From positions 81,096,001-81,160,000 of the forward strand of contig CM126218.1 of NCBI GenBank assembly GCA_052327205.1: DNA of 64,000 nucleotides. Direction: 5' to 3'. Positions 11,793-24,132 of this stretch are shown here, piece by piece. The position numbers and the translations under genes were made by a program. A model generated the notes under the pieces. That model made no database searches. It had not been told where the DNA came from and was given only the letters and a program-made list of their open reading frames with translations. This DNA is from Somniosus microcephalus. Its lineage: Eukaryota. Every line of letters begins with the position of its first letter. Position 1 is the first letter of the stretch.

Positions 11793-14700
11793 GACATGAA
11801 TTGGGTCTGTGGTGGAACCGTTGGTCAGGATCACGGCTTCCATGTCGTCGTGAAGCAGGCGGACAACGGTGACAAACTTTTGAGGGCAGCCGAATTTGAG
11901 GAGGATATTCCATAATCCCTCACGGTTGACAGTGTCAAAGGCCTTTGTGAGGTCAAAGAAGGCCATGTACAGTGGTTGGCGCTGTTCCCTGCATTTCTCT
12001 TGTAATTGCCGCGTGGTGAAGATGATGTCCATTGTGCCCCTTAGTGGGCGGAATCCGCATTGCGACTCTGGGAGGAGCTCTTCAGCCACTGGGAGAAGGC
12101 GATTGAGGAGGATTCTTGCAATGACTTTTCCTGTGGCAGACAGCAGGGAAACTCCTCTGTAATTACTGCAATCGGACTTGTCACCTTTCTTGAAGATGGT
12201 CACAATTACGGCATCTCTGAGATCCCCTGGCATGCTCTCCTCCTTCCAGATAAGAGAAATTAGCTCATGAATTCGTGCTAGTAGTGTTTCTCCGCCATGC
12301 TTTAGCGCCTTGGCAGGGATTCCATCTGCTCCTGAGGCCTTGTTGTTCTTCAGTTGCCGGATGGCCTTTTCAACTTCATGCCGGGCTGGGGTTGTGCTGA
12401 GATGGTGGCGGGTAGCATGCTGCGGGATGGAGTTGAGGACACTTGCGTCGAAGACAGAGTCTCGGTTAAGGAGATCTTCAAAGTGCTCCTTCCAGCGGGC
12501 ACTGGCAACCTCCCTGTTCTTGATGAGTACCTCTCCATTCTTGGCCCGCAGTGGGGTAGGACCTTGCGTGCTTGGGCTGTAGGCGGTCTTGACTGCGCTA
12601 AAGAATCCACGCACGTCGTGGTTGTCGGCTAGCTGCTGGATCTCCTGCGCTTTCTCCACCCGCCACCTGTTCTTTAGGTCACGAGTTTTTTGTTGGACCT
12701 CGGCCTTCAGGCTTCTGTAGAGCTGCTTTCTTGCTCTCGAGTTGTGTTGCTGTTTCCAGATCAGGAATGCCTTGCGCTTGCAGCTTATTAACTCCTGGAT
12801 CTCCTGGTCGTTCTCATCGAACCAGTCTTGGTGTTTCCTGGTCGAGTGACTGAGTGTCTCTTCACAGGTGCTGATTATGGAGGCCTTGAGTGCAGGCCAG
12901 GCGCTGTGGACACTCTGTGTCTCTGCGTCACTGGGAGTCGTCAGGTTGTTTGTGAGGCGCAGGCTGAATTGGGCTTTCTCAGCGGGGACTTTGAGTGCTC
13001 CAGCGTTGATTTTCCTGCGGCATTGTTTCTGTGGCCACCGCTGTTTTGGGGCTACATTGATGGAGATGACAGAGCGGATTAGGTGGTGGTCTGTCCTGTA
13101 GTCGTCAGCTCCTGTCATGGCGCGGGTGATGCGTATGTCCTTGCAGTCCCTCGCTCGGACGATGATGTAGTCCAGCAGATGCCAGTGCTTGGAGCGAGGG
13201 TGCTGCCATGAAGCTTTGTCTCTCTGCTGGAACATGTATGGACCGGAGTCAAGCAAGGCTGTGTCATCGCACCAACGCTCCTCTCAATCTTCCTTGCGGC
13301 AATGCTCCATCTCACCCTCAGTAAGCTCCCCGCTGGAGTGGAACTACTTTACAGAACAAACGGGAAACTGTTCAACCTCCGTCGCCTCCAGTCCAGATCC
13401 AAGGTCGCCCCTTCCTCTGTCGTCAAATTACAGTATGCAGACGATGCTTGCGTCTGCGCACACTCGGAGGTCAAACTCCAAACCATCATTAACACCTTCA
13501 CCGAAGCGTGCGAGAGCATGGGCCTTACATTAAACATCCGTAAGACAAAGGTCCTCTACCAACCTGCCCCCGCCACACAGTACTGCCCCCCGATTATCAA
13601 AATCCATGACAAGACCTTGGACAACGTGGAAACACCAAGACTGGTTCGATGAGAATGACCAGGAGATCCAGGAGCTAATAAGCCACAATCGCAAGGAATT
13701 CCTGATCTGGAAACAGCAACACAACTCGAGAGCAAGAAAGCAGCTCTACAGACGCCTGAAGGCCAAGCTCCAACAAAAAACTCGTGACCTAAAGAACAGG
13801 TGGCGGGTGGAGAAAGTGCAGGAGATCCAGCAGCTAGTCAACAACCACGACGTGCGTGGATTCTTTAGCGCAGTCAAGACCGCCTACGGCCCAAGCATGC
13901 AAGGTCCTACCCCACTGCGGGCCAAGAACGGAGAGGTACTCATCAAGGACAGGGAGGCAGCCAGTGCCCGCTGGAAGGAGCACTTCAAAGATCTCCTTAA
14001 CCGAGACTCTGTCTTCGACGCGAGTGTCCTCAACTCCATCCCGCAGCATGCTACCTGCCACCATCTCAGCAGAACCCCAGCCCTGCATGAGGTTAAAAAA
14101 GCCATCCGACAACTGTAGAACAACAAGTCCGTACCTCGGGAGCCTACTATCAACAAGGGCAGATGTCGATGACGAAGTCCAACACCACCTTCAGTGTGCC
14201 AGTGCAGCCTTCGGTCGCCTGAGGAAGAGAGTGTTTGAAGACCAGGACTTCAAACCCAGCACCAAGCTCATGGTCTACAGAGCAGTAGTAATACCCGCCC
14301 TCCTGTATGCCTCAGAGACATGGACCATGTACAGCAGGCACCTCAAAACACTGGAGAGGTACCACCAACGCTGCCTCTGCAAGATCCTGCAAATCCATTG
14401 GCAGGATAGACACACCAACGTCAGTGTTCTCACTCAGGCCAACATCCCCAGCATCAAAGCTTTGACCACGCTCAATCAGCTCCAATGGACGGGTCACATT
14501 GTCCGCATGCCCAATACAAGGCTCCCAAAACAAGCGCTCTACTAGGAGCTCCGACATGGCAAGAGAGCCCCAGGTGGGCAGAGGAAACGCTTCAAGGACA
14601 CCCTCAAAGCCTTCTTAAGAAAGTGCAACATCCCCACCGACACCTGGGTATCCCTGGCCCAAGACCATACAAAGTGGAGGAGAAGCATCCGGGAAGGCGC

Positions 14701-14937
14701 CGAATACCTCGAGTCTCTTCGCTGGGAGCAAGCGGAAGCCAAGTGCAAACAGTGGAAGGAGCGCACGTCAACCCAAGCACCCCACATCCACCCGCCCCTT
14801 CAACCACCGTCTGCCCCACCTGTGACAGAGACTGTAGGTCCCACATTGGACTCATCAGTCACCTGAGAACTCATTTTTAACGTGGAAGCAAATCATCTTC
14901 GGTTCCGAGGGACTGCCTAAGAAGAGAAGAAGAGAAG
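11793..14937 (+). mobile_element. RTE-clade LINE with an inverted 5' segment (11793-13240 on -) and an extra internal segment (13629-14127)
   Basis: RT motifs NYRGVSLLS, ESQCGFR, FFDLTKAFD, GVKQGC, LQYADD; C-terminal CPTC..HLRTH; (aag)-rich tail; flanking repeat ACAGAGACA at 11788-11796 / 14938-14946. Confidence 0.92.
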
Positions 14938-14952
14938 ACAGAGACAGCACCA

Positions 14953-15345
14953 GAAAGAAAGAACTTGCATTTCTACAGCGCCTTTCACAACCCCAGGTTG
15001 CCCAAAGCGCTTTACAGCCAACGTGCTACTTTTGAAGTGTTGTCACTGTTGTAATGAAGGAAACGCGGCAGCCAATTTGCGCACAGCAAGCTCCCACAAA
15101 CAGCAATGTGATAGTGACCAGATAATCTAGTTCTTCTTTGAAATAGTGCCATGGGATCTTTTATATCCACCTGAGAGGGCAGACGGGGCCTCGGTTTAAC
15201 ATCTACATCCAAAAGACGGCGCCTCCGACAGTACTGCTCTGGAGCGTTAGTGTGAATTATGTGCTCAAGTCTCCCTGGAGTGGGATTTCGAACCACACAA
15301 CCTTCTGGACTCACAGGCAAGAGTGCTACCACTGAGCCAAGACTG
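14953..15345 (-). mobile_element. SacSINE1-like SINE, internally deleted
   Basis: Deu core and tail homology with the other copies. Confidence 0.75.
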
Positions 15346-16414
15346 AGACATTAATATTCAGGCGATGGATGTAAATACAGGTTAGGAACCATATGTGCCA
15401 TATGTGCGTGTTGTAAAATGGCACGTGGCTCTTTGGGGTCCTTTGCCTCCCTGAAACACCGACGAAGCTTCCTGTGCCCTCTTTGAAACTACATTCGTAT
15501 CGTGTCGAGACTTGTGCTGGTGACGCTGGCACTCGACACGTGGATCTCACGCAATGGCTGCAGCCCAAAAGTGAACTCACCGTGATTGACTGAGGTCGGT
15601 AAGTTTGATTCCAGTTTGCAGACCCACATGTCGGGAACTCTGCACCATTAGCACGGATCTTCCATAAAGCAGCTTGAGTAAAATTGCCACTTTAGTGCTA
15701 ATTAGTACTGAATTGGGGGAAGTTTAGTGCTGTCAGGCCACACCCATTAGAAGCTGGGTTGATACTGCCCAAACCCACTTAAATCTGCAGAGCGAGGAGA
15801 CGTTCATCCTGTCCATCTGAGTTGGATTTGAACATGGATTGCGGAGAGTCTGAACACCATTTAAAATTACTGGCCCACACAAATTGCTTTGCTACTTGCA
15901 GGTTGTAAATAAAATGTAGAAATCGTGGCCTAGACGTTCGTCCCGGGCAGCGGCGCAACATAGGCGGTATCGGTTCATCCGCCCGTTATACGCAGCACCC
16001 GATATTTAGTTCCATTACACTCAAGAATGTAAAAAGAAAAAGACTAGTGAAGACAAATGTAGGCCCCTTACAGTCAGAAACGGGAGAATTTATAATGGGG
16101 AACTAGGAAATGGTTGAGCAATTAAATAAATATTTTGGGGGAAGTTTAGTGCTGTCAGGCCACACCCATTAGAAGCTGGGTTGATACTGCCCAAACCTGT
16201 CTTCACGGAAGAGGACACAAATAACTTCCCAGAAATGCTAGGGAACCAAAGGTCCAGTGAGAAGGAGGAATTAAAGGAAATTAGTATTAGTAAAAAAATA
16301 GTGCTGGCGAAATTAATGGGGCTGAAAGCCGATAAACCCCCAGGGCCTGATAATCTGTATCCCAGAGTATTACAAGAGGTAGCCATGGAAATAGTGGATG
16401 CATTGGTTGTCATC

Positions 16415-16873
16415 TTAACATAGAAACATAGAAGATAGGAGCAGTAGTAGGCCATTCGGCCCCTTGAGCCTGCTCCGCCATTCAATGAGATCATGGCTGA
16501 TCATCCAAACTCAGTACCCTGTCCCTGCCTTCTCCCCATATCCCTTGATCCCTTTTGCCTTAAGAAATATATCCAACTCCTTCTTGAATATATTTAATGA
16601 ATTGGCCTCAACTGCCTTCTGTGGTAGAGAATTCCACAAGTTCACCACTCTCTGGGTGAAGAAATTCCTCCTCATCTCTGTCCTAAATGGCTTACCCCTT
16701 ATCCTTAGACTGTGACCCCTGGTTCTGGACTCCCCCACCATCAGGAACATCCTGCCTGCATCTAGTCTGTCTAGTCCTGTTAGAATTTCATAAGTTTCAA
16801 TGAGATCCACTCTCATTCTTCTAAACTCCAGCGAGTATAAGCCCAGTCGACCCAATCTCTCCTCATACGTCAT
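16415..16873 (-). mobile_element. CR1 3' end inserted antisense in CR1
   Basis: ORF 16511-16873 is a CR1 C-terminus; host CR1 resumes at ttccaaaattctata. Confidence 0.88.
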
Positions 16874-17320
16874 TCCAAAATTCTATAGATTATGGAACAG
16901 TTCCTGCAGATTGAAGGGTGGCAAATGTAACCCCACTATTTAAAAAAGGAGGGAGAGAGAAAACAGGGAACTACAGACCGGTTAGCCTAACATCAGTAGT
17001 AGGGAAAATGCTAGAGTCTATTATAAAGGATGTGATAACAGGACACTTAGAAAATATCAACAGGATTAGACAAAGTCAACATGAATTATTGAAAGGGAAA
17101 TCGTGTTTGACAAACCTACTGGAGTTTTTTGAGGATGTAACTGGTAGAATAGATAAGGGAGAACCAGTGGATGTGGTGTATTTGGATTTTCAGAAGGCCT
17201 TTGATAAAGTCCCACATAAGAGGTTAGTGTGCAAAACTAAAGCACATGGGATTGGGGGTAATATACTGGCATGGATTGAAAATTTGTTAACAGACAGGAA
17301 ACAGAGAGTAGAAATAAATA

Positions 17321-18112
17321 ACAACAGAAAATGCTGGAAAAACTCAGCAGGCCAGGCAACATCCGTGGAGAGAAAATAGAGTCAACGTTTTGGGTGAAAA
17401 CCCCTTTGTCAAGACTAAAGAAGCACAGGTGTCCATACTTAAGAAAGGACATACTTGCTCTCGAGTCAGTACAAAGAAGGTTCACTCGGTTAATCCCGGG
17501 GATGAGGGGATGGACATATGAGGAGAGGTTGAGTAGATTGGGACTCTACTCATTGGAGTTCAGAAGAATGAGAGGCGATCTTATTGAAACATATAAGATT
17601 GTGAAGGGGTTGGATCGGGTGGATGCGGGGAGGATGTTCCCGATGATGGGTGAAACTAGAACTAGGGGGCATAGTCTTAGAATAAGGGGCTGCTCTTTCA
17701 AAACTGAGATGAGGAGGAACTACTTCACTCAGAGAGTGGTAGGTCCATGGAATATGCTGCCCCAAAAAGCTGTAGAAGCTACATCATTACATAAATTTAA
17801 AACAGAAATAGACAGTTTCCTAGAAGTAAAGGGGATTAAGGGTTACGGGGAGCGGGCAGGAATTTGGACATGAGTCTAGGTTCGGATCGGTCATGGCCCT
17901 GTGGGTAGCGGAGCGGGCCCAGGGGCCATGTAGCCTGATCCTGCTCCTATTTTGTGTGTCTAATTCTGTTAGATTCAGGAGATGGTTCTGTGATAGTGGA
18001 TTGGCGGTTAGGATCAGATCAGCCATGATCTTATTGAATGGCGGAGCAGGCTCGAGGGGCCGATTGGCCTACTCCTGCTCCTATTTCTTATGTTCTTATG
18101 TTCTTATGAAAT
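17321..18112 (+). mobile_element. Chimeric insertion: Penelope-type terminal segment plus CR1 3' end
   Basis: 10-bp TSD GAAATAAATA (17311-17320 / 18113-18122); first ~105 nt match the 52834-52892 arm family; the rest is CR1 C-terminus and tail. Confidence 0.78.
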
Positions 18113-18480
18113 GAAATAAATAGGTCTTTTTCAGGGTGGTAGGCAGTGACTAGTGGGGTACCACAGGGATCAGTGCTTGGGCCCCAGTTATTCACAATAT
18201 ACATCAATGATTTGGATGAGGGAACCAAATGTAATATTTCCAAGTTTGCTGACGACACAAAACTAGGTGGGATTGTGAATTGTGAGGAGGATGCAAAGAG
18301 GCTTCAAGGCGATTTAGACAAGTTGAGTGAGTGGGCAAATACATGGCAGATGCAGTATAACGTGGATATATGTGAAGTTATCAACTTTGGTAGGAAAAAC
18401 AGAAAGGCAGAGTATTATTTAAATGGTGATAGATTGGGAAATGTTGATGTACAAAGGGACCTGGGTGTCCTTGTACACCA

Positions 18481-19052
18481 TGGTGTGGAGATGCCGGAGT
18501 TGGACTGGGGTGGACAAATGTAAAAAGTCACACAACACCAGGTTATAGTCCAACAGCTTTATTTGAAATCACAAGCTTTCGGAGCGCTGCTCCTTCTTCA
18601 GGTGAAGTGGAGAAATGCATAAGGACACAGCTTATATAGTCAGAGAATCATGTCAGATGTTTACAGGTAACCTTTCCAACTGCCATTTATCACACCTCGG
18701 CAGAGAGATAATCACAGCAGTCAAAGGTGTGAATGGTGTCCAAACAGGTCAGTCAGGGAAACATTACATCAAAGAACAATGAGGTGGGGTCACAAGGGGT
18801 CAAATATTGCAGATGCTGGGGTCTGTATGAAAAACAAAAAAACAGACAAAAAACATTTTTTTTGGCTGGAAATCACAGCAGGTCCGGCCGCATCGCTGTA
18901 GAGAGAACAAGCCAATGTCGACTCGAGTCTGGATGACCCTGCATCAGGTGGGGTTACATGTAGCGTGACATGAACCCAAGATCTCGGTTGAGGCCGTCCT
19001 CATGGGTGCGGAACTTGGCTATCAGTTTCTGCTCGACGATTTTGCATTGTCG
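18481..19052 (-). mobile_element. Penelope-like element 3' end (short truncated copy)
   Basis: Nearly identical to 23660-24232; 9-bp TSD TGTACACCA (18472-18480 / 19053-19061). Confidence 0.92.
18569..18605 (-). ncRNA. Minimal type I hammerhead ribozyme
   Basis: UCAC-CUGAAGA-A-GGAGC-agc-GCUCC-GAAA-GC-UU-GUGA: core boxes, stem II, palindromic stem III, stem I UCAC/GUGA. Confidence 0.8.
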
Positions 19053-19602
19053 TGTACACCAGTCAGTGAAAGCAAACACGCAGGTGCAGCAAGCAGTTAG
19101 GAAGGCAAATGGTATGTTGGCCTTCATTGCAAGAGGATTTGAGTACAGGAGCAAGGATGTCTTACTACAGTTGTACAGGGCCTTGGTGAGACCACACCTG
19201 GAGTACTGTGTGCAGTTCTGGTCTCCTTACCTAAGAAAGGATATACTTGCCATAGAGGGAATGAAGCGAAGGTTCACCAGACTGATTCCTGGGATGGCAG
19301 GATTGCCGTATGAGGAGAGATTGGGTCGACTAGGCCTGTATTCACTAGAGTTTAGAAGAATGTGAGGGGATCTCATTGAAACTTATAAAATTCTGACAGG
19401 GCTAGACAGACTGGAAGCAGGGAGGATATTTCCCCTGGCTAGGGGCTCTAGAACGAGGGGTCACAGTCTCCGGATACGAGGTAGGACATTTAGGACTGAG
19501 ATGAGGAGAAATTTCTTCACTCAGAGGGTGGTGAACCTGTGGAATTCTCTACCACAGAAAGCTGTGGAGGCCAAGTCACTGAATATATTTAAGAAGGAGA
19601 TA

Positions 19603-19951
19603 CAGGAAACTCTCATTTAAACGGCACCTAAATATCCGGAATTCTCTATTAACCAGCAAAATTCATACTCCGAAAACAAAACCTCAATAACTGGAAATGT
19701 TGTCGAGTCTGAGTTTCCCGCGATGGCTGAGTTCGTCAGTGGGGGTAGTTCTCCAAACTGCCACTACCCGACTTCTTGGCGCTGTCAGAAGTCTCTGTAG
19801 GCGAGTACCCAATTATACTGCACATTTCTTGATTTTTTAATTTTTGTTTGTTAAAAATAGCCTCGTTAGATAACCCTCTCCGTTATCCGGAATTTTTAAT
19901 CAACCGGCACCATCCCAGTCCCGTCGGTGCCGGATACGAAAGAGTTTCCTG
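19603..19951. mobile_element. Tc1/mariner (pogo/Tigger-like) MITE
   Basis: TIR CAGGAAACTCT..AGAGTTTCCTG; TA duplication inside the CR1 sequence. Confidence 0.85.
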
Positions 19952-21152
19952 TAGATAGATTTCTAGACACAAAAGGCATCAAGGGGTACGGGGAGAGAGC
20001 GGGAATATGGTATTGAGATAGAGGATCAGCCATGATCATATTGAATGGCAGAGCAGGCTCGAAGGGCCGAATGGCCGACTCCTGCTCCTGAACATCGGGT
20101 GCTGCGTACAACGGGTGGCCGACCCGATGCCGGCCTTTTTGCCCCACTGCCCAAGATGAATTTCTAGGCCCATAACTTTTGTGCCTGAAATAATTGCTTG
20201 TTAAGGGAATGACGTTCTATACGCTCTGCTTTGAGACCAGCCCCTGCTTCAAACAGAACGCAGCCAATCGACCTAAGTTATACTGTCAGCTCTGCATTGT
20301 TCTCGGGAGCTCAGTAGCTGTGTTTATATAGACGCACCAAGCTCTGTTCATCAATCTGTAATTGCATTTTTAATTTCGAAAAAAGAAAGACTTGCATTTC
20401 TATAGCGCCTTTCACGACCACCAGATGTCTCAAAGTGCTTTACAGCCAATGAAGTGCTTATGGAGTGTAGTCACTGTTGTAATGTAGGGTAAAAAAACAC
20501 AAAAGAGCAATCAGCTCTTTGCTAACAGCAAACAAAGAAAGAAAATAGAATCATGGAATCAGAATGGTTACAGCACGGAAGAAGGCCCATTGAGCCCATG
20601 CCGGCTCGCTGCAAGAGCACTTCAGCTAGTCCCACTCCTCCGCCCTTCCCCTGTAGCCCTGCAAATTTCTTTCCTTCAGATACTTATCCAACTACATTTT
20701 GAAAACTGTGATTGAGTCTGCCTCCACCACTCTTTCAGGCAGTGCATTCCAGATCTTAACCACTCGCTGCGTAAAGGAGTTTTTTCTTACGTCGCCTTTG
20801 GTTCTTCTGCCAATCACCTTAAATCTGTGTCCTCTGGTTCTCAGCCCTTCTGCCAATGGGAACAGTTTCCCTCTATCTACTCTGTCTAGACCCCTCATGA
20901 TTTTGAACACCTCTATCAAATCTTCTCTCAGCCTTCTCTGCTCTAAGGAGAACAACCCCAGCTTCTCCAGTCTATCCACGTAACTGAAGTCCCTCATCCC
21001 TGGAATCATTCTCGTAAATCTTTTCTGCACCCTCTCTAAGGCCTTCACATCCTTCCTAAAGTGTGGTGCCCAGAATTGGACACAGTACTCCAGTTGGGGC
21101 CGAACCAGTATTTTATACATGTTCATCATAATTTCCACACTTTTGTACTCTA

Positions 21153-21680
21153 TGGGCTGGATTTTTTGAATGGAGACGAGTTGGAGGCGGGACTGCTGCT
21201 TGTCGTGTCAATGTCCCGCCTCCATCCTCGCCTGACCAACCAGAGGGATTTTCCCCTGATTGAGCTTGTTAAGCCCACCCTGCGGGCTCAGCAGGCCAAT
21301 TAGGGAGGAAGTCACTGACAGAGCACGTCAACGTCAGACGTGCTATCTGTCAAGACTTCTTGAAAGAAGAAATGTCAGCGTTTGACAGCCCTGTGAAGCT
21401 GTCAAACACTGACATTCTCTTTAGTTTGATGCGTCCTTGTGTTCAGGACTCATCAAACCTTTCAGCTTTGTAAATTTCACAAGGCTGTTGGTTCGGAGGT
21501 TCCAACAGCCAGTCTGTGAAATTGACGAGGAGGATGTCGGTTCTCCCGATCCAGCGCAGCTGAAGGCTGTAGGAAGAAAACAAGGTAAGTGAACACTTTT
21601 TGAAACTTATCACTCACCTTGCATACTTACCACTCCACACTTGCACCCATCACTCACCTCTACAGCTTACTTCCAGGAGA
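21153..21680. mobile_element. Non-CR1 insertion, probable DNA-transposon remnant
   Basis: Replaces part of CR1 ORF2; begins gggctggattttt; internal hairpin aatgtcagcgtttgacagc/gctgtcaaacactgacatt. Confidence 0.45.
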
Positions 21681-23747
21681 CCCCTGGTCTCTCTGTTCAT
21701 GCACCCTCTTCAGGATTGTACCATTTAGTTTATATGTCCTCTCCTCATTCTTTCTACCAAAATGTATCAGTTTACAGGTTTCTGCGTTAAATTTCATCTG
21801 CCACGTGTCCACCCATGTCACCAGCCTGTCTATGTCTTCCTGAAGTCTATCACTCTCCTCCTCACTGTTCACTATATGTCCAAGATTTGTGTCATCTGCA
21901 AATTTTGAAATTGTGCCCTGTACACCCACGTCCAAGTCATTAACATATATCAAGAAAAGCAATGGTCCTAGAACTGACCCCTGGGGAACCCCACTGTATA
22001 CCTTCCTCCAGTCTGAAAAACAACCGTTCACCACTACCCTCTGTTTCCTGACACTTGGCCAATTCTGTATCCATGCTGCCACTGTCCCTTTTACTCCATG
22101 TGCTTCAATTTTGCTGGCAAGCCCATTATGTGGCACTTTGTCGAACGTCTTTTGGAAATCCATGTACACTACATCAACTGCATTGCCCTCATCAACCCTC
22201 TGTTACTTCATCAAAGAACTCGATCAAGTTAGTTAAACACGATTTGCCTTAACAAATCTGTGCCGGCTTTCCTTAATTAATCCACACTTGTCCAAGTGAC
22301 TGTTAATTTTGTCCATGATTATTGTTTCTAAAAACTTCCCCACTACCGAGGTCAAACTGACTGTCCTGTAGTTGCTGGGTTTATCTTTACACCCTTTTTT
22401 GAACAATGGTGTAACATTTGCAATTCTCCAGTGCTCTGGCACCACCCCCATATCGAAGGAGGATTGGAATATTATGGCCAGTACCTCTGCGATTACCTCC
22501 CTCAATTCCCTCAGCATCCTAGGATGCATCCCATCTGCTCCTGGTGATTTATTTACTTTAAGTACAGTCAGCCTTTCTAATACCTCCTCTTTATCAATTT
22601 TTATCCTATCAAGTACCTCCACTACCTCCTCCTTTACTATGTCTCTGGCAGCATCCTCTTCCTTGGTGAAGACAGATGCAAAGTATTCGTTTAGTACCTC
22701 AGCCATACCCCCTGCCTCGATGTGTAGGCCTCTGTTTTGGTCCCTAATTGGCCCCACCCCTCCTCTTACTACCCTTTTATATTTATATGCCTAAAGAAGA
22801 CTTTGGATTCCCTTTTATGTTGGCTGCCACTCTATTCTCATACCCTCTCTTTGCCCCTCTTATTTTCTTTTTTACTTCTCCTCTGACCTTTCTGTATACA
22901 ACCTGATTCTCAGATGTATTTGCAACTTGACATCTGTCATACGCTCTCTTTTTCTGCTTCATCATATTCTCTATCTTTTTCGTCATCCAGGAACCCCGAC
23001 TTTAGTTGCCCTGCCTTTCCTCCGAGTGGGAATGTACCTCAACTGTACCTGACTATTTCTTCTTTAACGGCAGCCCATTGTTCCATTAGAGTTTTGTCTG
23101 CCAATCTTTGATTCCAGTTTACCCGGGCCAGATCTGTTCCCATCCCATTGAAATTGACCTTCCCCTGGTTAAACATTTTTACTCTAGATTGCTCCCTGTC
23201 CTTTTCCATAGCTAATCTAAACCTTATGATACTATGATCACTGTTCCCTAAATGTTCACCTACTGACACTTGCTCCACTTGACCCACCTCATTCCCCAGA
23301 ACCAGATCCAGCAATGCCTCCTCCCTCGTTGGGCCGGAAACATACTGATCAAGAAAGTTTTCCTGAACACACTTTAGAAATTCTTCCCCTTCTCTGCCCT
23401 TAACACTATTATGATCCCAGTCTATACTAGGATAGTTGAAGTCCCCCATTATTACTACTCTATAGTTCTTGCACCCCTTTATAATTTCTCTGCAAAGTTG
23501 CTCCTCCATATCTTTCCCACTAGTTGGTGGTCTATAGAATACACCTAGTAGTGTAATGGCACCTCTATTATTTCTTAACTCTAGCCATATAGATTCTGTC
23601 CTTGACCCCTCCAGGACATCCTCCCTCTCCAGCACTGTAATATTCACCTTGACCAATACTGGTGTGGAGATGCCGGAGTTGGACTGGGGTGGACAAATGT
23701 AAGAAGTCACACAACACCAGGTTATAGTCCAACAGCTTTATTTGAAA

Positions 23748-23784
23748 TCACAAGCTTTCGGAGCGCTGCTCCTTCTTCAGGTGA
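23748..23784 (-). ncRNA. Minimal type I hammerhead ribozyme in the Penelope pLTR
   Basis: Same motif as 18569-18605 (CUGAAGA / stem II / GAAAGCUU / stem I). Confidence 0.82.
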
Positions 23785-24132
23785 AGTGGAGAAATGCATA
23801 AAGACACAGCTTATATAGTCAGAGAATCATGTCAGATGTTTACAGGTAACCTTTCCAACTGCCATTTATCACACCTCGGCAGAGAGATAATCACAGCAGT
23901 CAAAGATGTGAATGGTGTCCAAACAGGTCAGTCAGGGAAACATTACATCAAAGAACAATGAGGTGGGGTCACAAGGGGTCAAATATTGCAGATGCTGGGG
24001 TCTGTATGAAAAACAAAAAAACAGACAAAAAACATTTTTTTTGGCTGGAAATCACAGCAGGTCCGGCCGCATCTGTGTAGAGAGAACAAGCCAATGTCGA
24101 CTCGAGTCTGGATGACCCTGCGTCAGGTGGGG

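Larger units (their letters stand above)
16025..20090 (+). mobile_element. CR1 LINE (5'-truncated ORF2 to 3' tail) carrying five nested insertions
   Basis: Collinear ORF2 pieces at 16181, 16918, 18146 and 19053 onward; same subfamily as 3198-5085. Confidence 0.92.
15927..20170. mobile_element. Harbinger-type hairpin MITE, arms 15927-16003 and 20094-20170, pushed apart by nested insertions
   Basis: Arms are imperfect reverse complements (ggcctaga..gcagcacccgat); flanks CGT/CAT fit a CpG-decayed 3-bp TSD. Confidence 0.7.

Noticed and set aside
11775-13256. Independent intact 493-aa minus-strand gene
   Set aside because: It is the inverted 5' piece of the RTE ORF2, with start and stop supplied by the junctions
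15430-15660. Host coding exons in non-repeat stretches (also ~47900-48100 and ~50830-51310)
   Set aside because: Short open frames with no recognisable domain and weak splice support
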